A DNA stretch of 64,000 bases from NCBI GenBank assembly GCA_964035545.1, contig OZ037766.1:19084767-19148766 (forward strand). The letters are read 5' to 3'. Of this stretch, positions 32,074-42,955 are shown one piece after another. The first letter of the stretch is position 1; each line of letters opens with the position of its first letter. The translations under genes and the position numbers were made by a program. The notes beneath the pieces were generated by a model. The model was not told the origin of the DNA, made no database searches, and worked only from the letters and a program-made list of their open reading frames with translations. Source of the DNA: Bugula neritina. Lineage: Eukaryota; Animalia; Bryozoa.

Positions 32074-33554
32074 GCAGTTCTTCTGCAAGTTTGAGGATGT
32101 GGCCACCATCGCTGAATGGCCAGCAACGGGGTGCACCCTTTAGCTCTTGGCTGGTTTGACAGGCTGGGCCACGAGTTTTGCTCTTTGACCTGATGAGGCT
32201 CACATCCTGCAGGCTCCCAGGACCCAGTATGACTTGACCGCTGAAGAAGCCTCAGACTGATTACAAAATATGAGGAGGGACTGGAGGACGCCTTTAGAAG
32301 ATCACGCTAATGCAGTAGAACGCTTGACCTAGATTGCTTTCAGTCAGTCTACAAATGAAGAGATGCACTGCCTGGTATACAATGCATTCTTCTGCAACAT
32401 GCACGATTCTGAGTTACAGCGCTACTGGCTGCAACCACAGTAAGCCATCTGGAAGAGACCTTGGAAATGGGTAAGGCCACCTTTCAGGTAGCAAGACTTT
32501 GAGGCGTGGGTTTCGCCGCCTGCATGGTGGTCGAAGGGAACGAAGAGACCGCCATGCTTCCTGCTCCACAAGTTTTAGCAGCAAAGACCAAGTCACCGGA
32601 GCAAAGGCAGCTCACCACCTTGATGGACATGGTAAAAGGCCTACAGGCTATGGGACCAAGTTGCAACGAGACAAGGCGGATAGATAGGCTACCTGATCCC
32701 GCGACGACCCTGTCCGCCCCTCGCAGCTCAGCTGCTTAAGATGTGGCACTTCAGGGCACGTGAAGAGGCACTGCCCGAAAGGCCGCCTGCTTTCAAACAC
32801 CCGAGGCTCACGGTAACTTCCGCCGACCGTTGGCCCCAAGCTAACCCCCTCTGGGACAGAAATCAGAAGATGACCGAGAGGACCCCTACAGAGTCTGCCG
32901 ATACTGAGTGGCAAGCAACTTGGAAATTTCAGAGATCGAAAGGTCTACCGGATCTTTCAGTCTTGCCACTCTAGGCCCAGATTGAGTCAGAAGACACAAG
33001 ATGGCAGGCACCCTGGCAATATGGGAGACCACAAAGTTTACCCGATCCTCCTGATTAAACACTCTGTAACCGGTTTGCGGGGTTGCTTGAGGATGTTGTG
33101 GAAGAGGATACCGCTTACTCGCAAGAGTATCCCAAGTTACCCTTCCGATCTCAGAAAACCCCCATCGTCTATAAGACAAAGAAAGGGCCTGCTGTGCAGA
33201 GACAAGTTGTGTCTCTCCCAGATACTAACCGCTCCAGGAGCACTCAGTTGTATGGAAACAGCTATTTCCTGCCCGGAAAAATTTTGGGTCAAGCTGCCAC
33301 ATACTCACTGAATACTATAGGTGCACTAAAAACCTGCTGAGTAGGCGTCTCTTTGACACTCTTGGTGCCCGAGAGCGGGCGAGCCTGGAGCTGTACGAAG
33401 GTGCGCATGGTACATTGGCGAACGGATCATGCATCCCTCTTTACTCCATCGTCACGCTACCTGGACGCGTCCGTGATCAGGTGATTTACAAGATGCTTAG
33501 TCAGCCAGCTGAAAGAGGACGTCATCCTGGGAATGCCATTTTTGAGAAACACCA
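32074..33554 (+). mobile_element. Degenerate Gypsy element A, 5' part (gag to protease region; 5' LTR missing)
   Basis: Collinear with Gypsy C 59471-60952, e.g. GAGGATGTGGCCACCATCGCTGAATGGCCAG at ~32094 and ~59489; peptides EEDTAYSQEYPKLP and SYFLPGKI; many stops. Confidence 0.9.
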
Positions 33555-33588
33555 GAGTTGGCAGTTGGCTTTCAACAGAACAGGTTGT
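33555..33588 (+). promoter_or_regulatory. Possible internal Pol II promoter of the LINE (Inr-like GAGTT + DPE-like GGTTGT)
   Basis: With A33556 as +1, GGTTGT lies at +28 to +33, the canonical DPE spacing known from Drosophila LINE promoters. The motifs are short and could be chance. Confidence 0.35.
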
Positions 33589-34299
33589 GTTTTACATTGC
33601 TCTCTGGATAAAGCTTAGAAAAACTATTTCTGTGAACAGTGGATTATATATTACCTTCATACTACATAACTAGCTAGATAGGGGGTGACACGACATTTCA
33701 CAAATATCAATTCAAAAACACTCATTTCGAAAAAGACAATTCCCAAATTGACAATTCCCAAATTGACAATTAATAAATTGACTTAGAAAAAAGACATTTC
33801 TAAAAATGACATTTCACAAATGATACGGCCCAGTCGGGTGTGAGCTCGACCGGGTCGAGAATAAGTTCATATAAACGTGGGCAATTGCAGATTGGGACTG
33901 TTTGGTAGCTAACACTACTTCCGTGATAGCCTAACTCATATGGGGTTTATATTTGTTGCTGAAAGCTTTAAATCTTGTCAAGTTCAAGTTGAAATAATTA
34001 CTACTTATTTACTTTTACTTTTATACTTGTATTATTGCGTGATGTTACTATGTACATTATATGTTATTTAATTTTATTAACCGTATTTCATTTTCTTCTT
34101 ACTTTTCAGTTTTAACTCATGAAATACGGTTAATAGAATTAAATAACATATAATGTACATAGTAACATCACGCAATAATACAAGTATAAAAGTAAAAGTA
34201 AATAAGTAGTAATTATTTCAACTTGAACTTGACAAGATTTAAAGCTTTCAGCAACAAATATAAACCCCCTATGAGTTAGGCTATCACGGAAGTAGTGTT

Positions 34300-34444
34300 T
34301 GTTGTGTTGTTTGACTCGCTATTATTCACCGCGAGACTCGTTGAGCTCGGGGATTTTCCTACTAGCTAGAATTGAAATAAATCACGATAATTATCAGCTT
34401 AGACGCAATCCAACGTTGTTGTACTCTTACGCACCAATCACACA
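34300..34444 (+). repeat. 5' LTR of Gypsy B
   Basis: Direct repeat of 38696-38840; contains AATAAA. Confidence 0.96.
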
Positions 34445-34468
34445 TGGTGGCAGCAGTTAAAACTAATA

Positions 34469-37400
34469 ATGGGCGATGAAGAAGTTCAGCAACAAATAAT
34501 TGTGCATAGGAATGCACCCAGAATCGAACCACCAGGTGAGATCGTTTTGAATTGTGAGCGTGAGCAAAACTTCAGAAGATTTAAAAGCCGGTGGCAGTCG
34601 TTTTACATTCTGTCTAGACTTTCGGAGGAAAGTGATGAGTACCAGAGAGCATTGCTATTATATACAATTGGTGATGATGCATGCCGAGTGGTAGAGTCAA
34701 GTCACAAATATCAGAATGATAAGAGTCTAGCAGCGATAATAGACATTTTGGAGCAATACTGTGTAGGAGAACGAAATATAGTGCACGAACGTTATAAATT
34801 TAATACAAGGTGTCAATTACAAGGAGAGAATTTTGATGCTTTTTACTCAGAATTACGTGCGCTAGCGGATAAATGTAGATTTAATTACCGACCTGCCACT
34901 GATGAGGCACCAGCACCATTTGATGAGATGCTGAGAGATCAAATTGTTTTAGGAATTAGAGATGACTCTCTTAGAAAGAAATTGATTTCTCAAGGTAACA
35001 CTTTAACACTAGACCAGGCAGTACGTATTTGTAGGAGCAGTGAAGTCACTTCGACCGTGATGCAAAGTGTAACACAAGGAGCAAGCTCAGGGTCTGTAGA
35101 TGCTATAAGTAAAGCACAAAGCAGATACCCTAATTATAAGCAAAGCAAGCCAAGTCGTACACACAAGCAGGGAAGTGCTGTCCAGCTGCCAGTTAACTCT
35201 CAGATGTACAAGCCTACAAACAGCCAGGATCATTGTAAAAGGTGCGGTAGGGAACCACATTCAAAAGCGGAATGCCCAGCTAAGGATGCTCAATGCAGGA
35301 AGTGCAAGAAAGTGGGCCACTTCCAGCGGCAATGCAGAAGTAGATCCATCCAGGAAGTGACCGAAGCAGGTAGTGACGAGAGTATAATGTTCACAGGAGA
35401 GTTCAAGATAGAAAATCTAACTGTGGATGCTTGGAAAGCTGAAGTAGCAGTAAATGGTAACCCTACTACTTTCAAGCTCGATACAGGTGCAGATGGTACA
35501 GTTGTCAGCGACGAACTACCTTGGCTGTCTAAAATTTCACTGCAAACTACAGGAGTCCGCTTATATGGACCTGGAGGAAAGCAACTCCAAGTCTTAGGAA
35601 CTTTTGAGGCAGATCTTCAATATAAAAGTCAGAAGTACAAGGAGACAGCCTACGTAATTCAAAATCAGTCAACCTCTCTACTCAGTAGAACTGCTTGTGA
35701 AAAGTTAGGACTGATAACATGCCAAGTAAAGCAGCAAGGGGAAATAACCAAAGACGTCCACACAGGCTTCTCAAAGCTATTTAAAGGCCTTGGAGCACTC
35801 AAGGGATACTCATACAGAATATCACTAATTCCAGATTACCAGCCAACATGCATCTACACTCCAAGGAAAATTCCCATTCCATTACGAGACAAAACCAAGA
35901 AAAAGCTAGATGAGATGGCACAACAAGGAGTTATCTCTCCCGTAACAGAAGCTACAGAGTGGTGTAGTGGAATGGTCCTAGTCCTCAAACCATCAGGAGA
36001 TGTACGCGTCTGTGTGGACCTGACTGGCCTGAATAAAGCAGTTAGAAGGGAAATCTATCCAATGCCAGCAGTCGATGAAAGTATTGGACTGTTGGGGGCA
36101 AGTAAAATCTTCTCAAAGCTGGATGCCAATAGTGGGTTCTGGCAAATACACTTGGACAAGGAGTCAAGAAAACTGACTACCTTCCTCACACCTTTTGGCC
36201 GGTTCTGTTTCAACAGACTTCCATTTGGCATATCTAGTGCACCGGAGATCTTTTCTCGAGCTATGTGCAGACTACTAGGCGACATAGAGAATGTCATCTG
36301 CCACATGGACGATATTCTAGTTCATGGTAAAGATGCAGAAAGCCACGATAAAACCTTAAAGCTGGTTTTAAGCAGACTGGAAGAAGCAGGACTCACATTG
36401 AATGAAGACAAGTGTGAGATTGGCCAAGCTCAAGTGAAGTTTTTAGGCCACATTATAGATGCTAAAGGAGTCAGCCCTGACCCGGATAAAGTCGCATCAA
36501 TACGTGACTTTCCAGCCCCTACCTGTAAGACAGAGTTGAGACGACTAAATGGTATGCTGAATCAGCTAGCTAAGTTTATCTCTCACCTGTCTGAAATCAC
36601 AGCTCCCATGAGAGAGTTACTGAAGGAAAGTAAAGCTTGGACATGGAATCAACCTCAAGAGGAAGCTTTCCAAAAGGTAAAGCAAACACTGATGTCTGCT
36701 CAGGTCATAGCACACTATGATCCCAAGCTGAAAACAATTGTTGCCACTGATGCTAGCAACACTGGACTTGGAGCTGCTATGTTTCAAATACAAAAGGATG
36801 GGACAAGGAGGCCAGTATACTATGCATCAAGGTCTTTAACCTCAGTGGAACAAAATTACGCCGCAATAGAAAAGGAGGCATTGGCAATGGCTTGGGCATG
36901 CAACAAGCTTGATCAGTTTTTAAGAGGATTACCTTTCACTCTAGAGACGGATCACAAGCCTTTGGTTAGGCTTATGGGTGTAAAAGATTTAGACCAAGTG
37001 CCAGCCAGGATTCTCCGATTGAGACTGCGGCTCATGAGGTATGCTCCACAAATAGAGTATATCCCAGGGTCTCGCAACCACGTAGCAGATGCATTGTCGC
37101 GAGCACCCTCTGGTATACCATCTCGCATAGATGTGATGCTGGTTGAAGAGCTAGAAGCTAGCACTTCCATTATACCTTCGATAGATCCGATGATCGAAGA
37201 AATCAAGGAGGCACAACAATTAGATGCTGTGTGCCAAGAGGTCCAGAATCTCATCATAAAAGGATGGCCTACATATAAAACAGATGCCCACACAGCAGTA
37301 CACCCTTACTGGGATGTCAAAGGACATTTGACACAATCTAAAGGCCTTCTCTTATATGATCAGCGGCTAGTCATCCCTAGCAACCTAAGACTAAAACTGC

Positions 37401-38521
37401 TTGACCGCATTCACCAGGCCCATCAAGGAATAGTAAAATGCCAGGCAAGAGCCAGAAGAGCTATCTGGTGGCCGGGAATGTCTAAACAAATAAAAGAAAT
37501 GGTACAGGGGTGTCGACAGTGCAGAATTAACTCACCGACCCCGGTGGAGCCTCTGCAGCCATCCACCTTGCCGTCTAAACCCTGGATAAAGTTAGGTGCA
37601 GACCTGTTCGAGTTCCAGAAAAAGAACTATCTGTTAGTGGTCGATTACCATAGCAGATACATAGAAGTTAGGAGATTAGACTCACTGTCTTCAGCATTCA
37701 CTGTGGACAAAGTTAAATCCATCTTCTCAACTCATGGAATTCCCGAGGTAGTCATTTCTGACAATGGACCTCAGTTCAGCTCTAGGGAGTTCCAAGAATT
37801 TGCCAAGAGTTATGGTTTTCAACACGTGACTAGCTCTCCAAAATATCCAAAAGCCAATGGCGAAGCTGAGAGAGCGGTAGGAACAGTAAAGCGTCTGTGG
37901 AGCAAAACTACAGATCCATACCTAAGCCTATTAACCTATAGAGCTACCCCACTCGAAAACGGATTCACTCCTTCAGAACTTTTGATGAACAGGCTACTTC
38001 GAACTACTCTACCCTCCATGCCTGAAACCCGAGTGGTTCACAAGCCACCAAACATTGCTGAGAAGGAACAACACATAAATCTAAGGACCATGAATAACTA
38101 CAACCAACGGCACAAAGCCACTCTGTTGCCTGAACTTTCTCAAGGTTCACCCGTCTATGTCAGAGACACTAAGAAACAGGGCACAGTTCTGGCAAGTGTA
38201 GCTCCACACTCATACACGGTTAAAACTGAAACAGGAGTTATACGCCGAAACAGAAGTGCGTTGGTAGATCTTCGGGAAGAGGACCCCGTGGTGCTTGAAC
38301 CAAATGCTCCTCCGCCGGTTCCTATGGGTGCAGAGGTGCTTGGTCCAAAAGCTAACAAAAAAGCCAATCCATCAGGAACGCAGGCACCCGGAACATTGGT
38401 CGCAGAGGGCTCGGGTACGTCTTTAACCCATACAGCCAGTCCAACGGTTCCGGGTAGGTTTTGTGCTCTATCCAGAGAGCGAAGATTGCCCCGGAGATTT
38501 GATGACTATGTGATGAATTAA
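34469..38521 (+). CDS. gag-pol: Gag-Pol polyprotein (gag with two CCHC knuckles, protease, RT, RNase H, integrase), 1350 aa
   Basis: CKRCGREPHSKAEC and CRKCKKVGHFQRQC knuckles; LDTGA protease; LDANSGFWQ, LPFGISSAPE and HMDD in RT; TDAS...ETDHKPL RNase H; HHCC, VVDY, SDNGPQF and NGEAER in integrase. RT-RH-IN order indicates Gypsy. Confidence 0.97.
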   Translation: MGDEEVQQQIIVHRNAPRIEPPGEIVLNCEREQNFRRFKSRWQSFYILSRLSEESDEYQRALLLYTIGDDACRVVESSHKYQNDKSLAAIIDILEQYCVGERNIVHERYKFNTRCQLQGENFDAFYSELRALADKCRFNYRPATDEAPAPFDEMLRDQIVLGIRDDSLRKKLISQGNTLTLDQAVRICRSSEVTSTVMQSVTQGASSGSVDAISKAQSRYPNYKQSKPSRTHKQGSAVQLPVNSQMYKPTNSQDHCKRCGREPHSKAECPAKDAQCRKCKKVGHFQRQCRSRSIQEVTEAGSDESIMFTGEFKIENLTVDAWKAEVAVNGNPTTFKLDTGADGTVVSDELPWLSKISLQTTGVRLYGPGGKQLQVLGTFEADLQYKSQKYKETAYVIQNQSTSLLSRTACEKLGLITCQVKQQGEITKDVHTGFSKLFKGLGALKGYSYRISLIPDYQPTCIYTPRKIPIPLRDKTKKKLDEMAQQGVISPVTEATEWCSGMVLVLKPSGDVRVCVDLTGLNKAVRREIYPMPAVDESIGLLGASKIFSKLDANSGFWQIHLDKESRKLTTFLTPFGRFCFNRLPFGISSAPEIFSRAMCRLLGDIENVICHMDDILVHGKDAESHDKTLKLVLSRLEEAGLTLNEDKCEIGQAQVKFLGHIIDAKGVSPDPDKVASIRDFPAPTCKTELRRLNGMLNQLAKFISHLSEITAPMRELLKESKAWTWNQPQEEAFQKVKQTLMSAQVIAHYDPKLKTIVATDASNTGLGAAMFQIQKDGTRRPVYYASRSLTSVEQNYAAIEKEALAMAWACNKLDQFLRGLPFTLETDHKPLVRLMGVKDLDQVPARILRLRLRLMRYAPQIEYIPGSRNHVADALSRAPSGIPSRIDVMLVEELEASTSIIPSIDPMIEEIKEAQQLDAVCQEVQNLIIKGWPTYKTDAHTAVHPYWDVKGHLTQSKGLLLYDQRLVIPSNLRLKLLDRIHQAHQGIVKCQARARRAIWWPGMSKQIKEMVQGCRQCRINSPTPVEPLQPSTLPSKPWIKLGADLFEFQKKNYLLVVDYHSRYIEVRRLDSLSSAFTVDKVKSIFSTHGIPEVVISDNGPQFSSREFQEFAKSYGFQHVTSSPKYPKANGEAERAVGTVKRLWSKTTDPYLSLLTYRATPLENGFTPSELLMNRLLRTTLPSMPETRVVHKPPNIAEKEQHINLRTMNNYNQRHKATLLPELSQGSPVYVRDTKKQGTVLASVAPHSYTVKTETGVIRRNRSALVDLREEDPVVLEPNAPPPVPMGAEVLGPKANKKANPSGTQAPGTLVAEGSGTSLTHTASPTVPGRFCALSRERRLPRRFDDYVMN

Positions 38522-38695
38522 CATCCAGACGATCTAACCACGGAGACACTCGTACCTTCTATGGAACAATCATAAAAATACATATTGTCATGCTTTTTCT
38601 CACTATTGTTAACCTTCACTTACTATTGTCAATCTTAATTAATAGCATACGTGATTACATATAAATGTTTTTTGTAACCCACTTAGAAAGGGGGA

Positions 38696-38840
38696 TGTTG
38701 TGTTGTTTGACTCGCTATTATTCACCGCGAGACTCGTTGAGCTCGAGGATTTTCCTACTAGCTAGAATTGAAATAAATCACGATAATTATCAGCTTAGAC
38801 TCAATCCAACTTTGTTGTACTCTTACGCACCAATCACACA
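38696..38840 (+). repeat. 3' LTR of Gypsy B
   Basis: Follows the PPT; 142/145 identical to the 5' LTR. Confidence 0.96.
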
Positions 38841-39115
38841 GTGTTAGCTACCAAACAGTCCCAATCTGCAATTGCCCACGTTTATATGAACTTATTCTCG
38901 ACCCGGTCGAGCTCACACCTGACTGGGCCGTATCATTTGTGAAATGTCATTTTTAGAAATGTCTTTTTTCTAAAAGTCAATTTATTAATTGTCAATTTGG
39001 GAATTGTCAATTTGGGAATTGTCTTTTTCGAAATAGGTGTTTTTGAATTGTCATTTGTGAAATGTCGCGGATTCGGATAGGGACAGTGATATCTATATGA
39101 TCGTTTTCTTGAATC

Positions 39116-39826
39116 ATGGTTCGTGGAGCTAAATCAGCCACTAATTCAACTAGTGAATCTACACCCGATTCATCTATCCATGGAAAGTTAGATCAGATCT
39201 TAGCAAGACTAAATGACTTTGATAGTAGGTTGAAAAAAGTAGAAATTGAACAGGCTGAAGTAATTAAAACCTGCAAATTTTTGAGCAAAAAATTTGATGA
39301 TATCAAATTACTAAGAAATGAAATGAAGTGTTTCCTAAAAGATTTTCCAGATGTGAAAGACCGTGTGGATCAACTAGAATTTCAAGACCGTAAAAAACAG
39401 TTGACATTAAATGGAATACCACAAAAATCTGGAGAGAACTTACTACATGCCATGAAAGTTATGAGTGAAAAACTAAAGTGCGAACTTCAACCCTACTATG
39501 ACATAGACTCAATTTTTAGAGTCAAGACATCTGATAAAGCTATAATTAAATTTATTCACGCTCATAAACATGACAAGTCCTTTGGATCATTTAAAAAAAA
39601 CCCTCTAAATGCAACAGACTTAGGTTTTAAAGACAACTCTAAGCTCTACATAAATGAAGTGCTGAGCAAACCTCAAGCTGCTCTTTTTCATGAGACTCGC
39701 ATGTTCAAAAAAGAACATATATACTGTTTTGCATGGACATCAAACCAAAGAATCTTCCTAAGGAAAGACAGTCATAGTAATGCAATACAGATCAATTCGA
39801 CAGATGATTTAGATGACCTCGCTTAA
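39116..39826 (+). CDS. LINE ORF1 protein (coiled coil + RRM-like/CTD region), 236 aa
   Basis: Heptad-like N-terminal half, LTLNGIP, and C-terminal LYINEVLS...FAWTSNQRIFLRK typical of CR1/L2 ORF1; lies directly upstream of the APE-RT ORF. Confidence 0.75.
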   Translation: MVRGAKSATNSTSESTPDSSIHGKLDQILARLNDFDSRLKKVEIEQAEVIKTCKFLSKKFDDIKLLRNEMKCFLKDFPDVKDRVDQLEFQDRKKQLTLNGIPQKSGENLLHAMKVMSEKLKCELQPYYDIDSIFRVKTSDKAIIKFIHAHKHDKSFGSFKKNPLNATDLGFKDNSKLYINEVLSKPQAALFHETRMFKKEHIYCFAWTSNQRIFLRKDSHSNAIQINSTDDLDDLA

Positions 39827-39888
39827 ACACATGATTACTCCATATCCTCTGATTTTTAATTTCTGTAACTATATTTTTTTTCAAATTC

Positions 39889-42774
39889 ATGGAAGCACAC
39901 CTAAACTGTGATCAATACACGCCAGAACAGTTTAGAAATAATATAAAAAATAATTCCAATTTTCTTACTATTTTGAATGGAAATGTACAAAGCCTTCGTA
40001 GAAATTTTGATTCCCTAGAAACATTTATGTTTAGTGTCCCTAAACCTTTTGATGTTGTTTGTATTACTAAAAGTTTTCTTTATGATAATGAAGTACATAA
40101 TTTTCCCATAAATGATTATGTTTTTATAGGCAAGCAGAGACAGAGTAAAGGAGGTGGTGTCGGGGCCTATGTGCGCAGTAGTGCTGTGGCTGAAGTCAAG
40201 GAAAGTCGAGCACTTTTTGCAGGCAGTGAATCTTTACATCTGGAGCTAAAGGGTGGTCTCTTTCGGTGCTTTGGGAGTGGTCTTCACCTCACAATCATTT
40301 ACAGGCAACCGTCGGCAGACATTGGAGCTTTTCTCTCTGACCTGGAGCAGTACATCAGTTCTTCTAATTTTCCACATCATTTCATACTAGGTGATATCAA
40401 TATCGACACTCTTAAATTTGATCCTGTGAGTACATCTTACCTCAACATCCTATCCTGCTCTCGTTTTATAAATTCAATTCAGATTTCTACACGATACGAT
40501 TCTTGCTTAGATCATATAAATGTTAATTTTTATGATAAATTCTTAACATCTGGAACAATAACAACAAGCATAGCAGATCACTTGCCTACTTTTATCAAAA
40601 TAGAAAATTTAACTAACTATTTTAATATAACTAAATCTACAAACATTAGAAACTATAAGAAAATAAATGAAGAACTATTTTTGAAAGATATTTTTAAAGT
40701 AGACTGGAACTCCGAAGTATATGCCAAGAAAGATGTGAATTCTAGGTATGGCAGTTTCTTTAAAATATTTATGGATTTATGCAATAAACATGCTCCATTA
40801 GTAAAATTCTCAACAAATTGTCCCCGCAAACTTAAAACAAATAACAGACCCTGGATTAGTGTTGCATTAATTAAGCTGATGAACAAAAGGGATTATGTTT
40901 ATAGACAATCCTTAAATTCTCCTCTAAACTTGAAACTTAAATTTAAACATAAAAACTCTAAAAAATTTAGTTGCGAAGAATTTGCGTAGATCCAAGACTT
41001 CATATTTTGAATCTTTTTTTGAAAATACTTCAGATTCTACTAAATGTTGGAAAGTCATAAACGAACATCTAGGAAAAATTCGATCAAAGGGATCAAATGC
41101 TCCTAAAAGTTTAACATCTGAAAATATTACACTAACTGAAGATAAGGACATAGCAAACAGTTTTAATAAATACTTTACTTTCATAGGAACAACATTATCA
41201 AAGAAATTCACAGACGACAATTTTGATTTTACAGCTCGGAAGTCAGATAAAAAACTTGATGAACAGTTTAGCTTTACAAATATTGAAAGCACAGTCATTG
41301 AAAGCTTACTTAAAGATGTAAACCCAGCCAAAGCTGCAGGTATAGATTTAGCTCCCACCAACCTAATAAAAATATCTGCATCTCATCTTTCAAAGCCTTT
41401 AGCTTACATTATAAACACAATTATCAATGATGGCGCTTTTCCAAATGAACTAAAAAAAGCTAAAGTTGTTCCTCTACACAAAAAAAGCATAGCTACTGAT
41501 GTAAGTAATTACCGCCCAATATCTATATTACCTGCTTTCAGTAAGATAGCTGAAAAGATTTTAAATAAGCAAATAGTAGATTTTCTAGAAAGCAAAAATT
41601 ATTTAACTGATAAGCAGTACGGCTTTAGACAAAATAGAAACACAAATATTGCCTTAATTAATCTAACAAATAAAGTTTTAAATGCCATGAACAATGGTAA
41701 TTCTGTAACGGAATTTTCCTCGATTTTAGTAAGGCCTTTGACACAATAAATCATGAAATCTTATTAGCTAAATTAAAAATGCTCCACTTTTCAAGTCACA
41801 GTGTGAAGCTAATTAAAAATTATCTGTCCAATCGACAACAGTCTACTATTATTAACAACACATATTCTGACTTTATTCATACCACATGTGGAGTACCACA
41901 AGGATCCATACTTGGTCCCACACTATTCCTAATTTATATAAATGATCTTCCAGATGTAACTATGCATTTAGACCCTATATTATTTGAATCAAAAAATCTA
42001 TTAAACAATATGGACATCATAAACTGTAAATTAAAGAAAATTGAAACTTGGTGCAATAAAAATAAATTAACTGTAAACATGAGTAAAACAAACTATATGA
42101 TAATCAAAACAGCGCAAAATAAACAAGATTTAAATGGCTTTGCCTTAGAAATGTTCAACAAAAAATTAGTGGAGGTATAATCAACTACCTTCTTAGGTAT
42201 TATAATAGATTCACATCTTTCTTGTCAACAACATTGCAGCAAACTTTGTCAAAACCTAAGGCCCTTAGTAGGCTTGATAAGTAAATGTTCCCATCACCTA
42301 CCTAGAAAAATTCTAATACAAATATATAACTCTTTTGTAAATTCTAAATTAACATATTGCCTAGAATCGTGGGGTAATGCAGCAAACATTTATCTTGAAC
42401 CATTACATTTACTACAAAAGAAAATACTGAGAATTATATATAAAAAGCATCACCTTTCCCCATCTAAACCACTGTTTCTTAGTTCTTCAATCATGCCTAT
42501 TCACACTCTACACAAATGCAAACTAATACTGCTCTCACATAAAATTTACTATTCTCAACTAACACATCTCACACATAACTATCCCACAAGATTTTCAGAG
42601 TTCAGCCTACAAACTCCTCCATCATCAACTGCTGCAAATCAACGAAGAGTAAAATTCCAATGTTCATCGCTATGGAATAAATTGCCTAGTTCTATTCGTG
42701 CTGTGGAGAGAGAGGCTGGTTTCAAACTTGCCCTGAGAGACCACCTAATGACAAATTTTCAGATGAAAAAATAA
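39889..42774 (+). pseudogene. LINE ORF2 (APE endonuclease + reverse transcriptase), disrupted
   Basis: APE motifs NVQSL, GGGVG, IYRQP, GDINID, LDHI, DHLP; RT motifs NYRPISILP, QYGFR, GVPQGSILGPTLFLIYINDL. Frameshifts near 40960 and 41710, stop at 42178; the (F/Y)ADD box is deleted (PILF|ESKN). Confidence 0.92.
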
Positions 42775-42955
42775 TACTCTTTGAGTTGCTAAAACTTCCA
42801 AAAACCTAAACAAAAATTTTATATAACTGTCAACCATTTATGGCTTGGTGCCTTGACTAGATACAGTGCTATTGCGCCATAGGCCTTGTCATTTTGTTTA
42901 TTTTTTCTCAAATAATTTTTTCCCCGACTACGACAAAATAAAACAAACAAACAAA

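Larger units (their letters stand above)
34300..38840 (+). mobile_element. Intact Ty3/Gypsy (Mag-like) LTR retrotransposon B, 4541 bp
   Basis: 145-bp TG...CA LTRs with 3 mismatches; TSD GTGTT (34295-34299 / 38841-38845); PBS TGGTGGCAGC at 34445; PPT AGAAAGGGGGA 38685-38695; single uninterrupted gag-pol. Confidence 0.97.
33684..39075. mobile_element. Non-autonomous foldback DNA element (~846 bp after removing Gypsy B): ~400-bp near-perfect inverted arms, 27-bp spacer
   Basis: Arm 33691-34091 is the reverse complement of 34119-34299 + 38846-39067; ~15-bp subterminal repeats (GACAATTCCCAAATT-like); GATAGGG duplicated at 33677-33683 and 39076-39082. Confidence 0.88.
33555..42955 (+). mobile_element. 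CR1/L2-group LINE, apparently full length, 5' UTR interrupted by a foldback element
   Basis: ORF1 plus APE-RT ORF2; 3' AATAAA (42937) followed by an (AAAC)n tail. The flanks rejoin Gypsy A: GAGAAACACCA | CATGGATTTT, versus GAGAAACACCAGTGTCACATGGATTTCC in copy C. Confidence 0.85.

Noticed and set aside
48-32126. Roughly 150 overlapping minus-strand ORFs (up to 496 aa, MLQYVAVCCS-like) as a Cys-rich protein family
   Set aside because: A 10-bp monomer lacking stops on the - strand gives the same 10-aa repeat in all three frames; ORFs overlap in every frame and track the HOR, with no frame preference.
32190-32215. Other CTGATGA occurrences (also ~34899 and ~59587) as hammerheads
   Set aside because: They lie in gag coding sequence with no stem II-GAAA-stem III-NUH arrangement.
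35175-38549. Short antisense or alternative-frame ORFs within Gypsy B (and likewise in C, D and the LINEs)
   Set aside because: Shadow ORFs of TE coding sequence without motifs.
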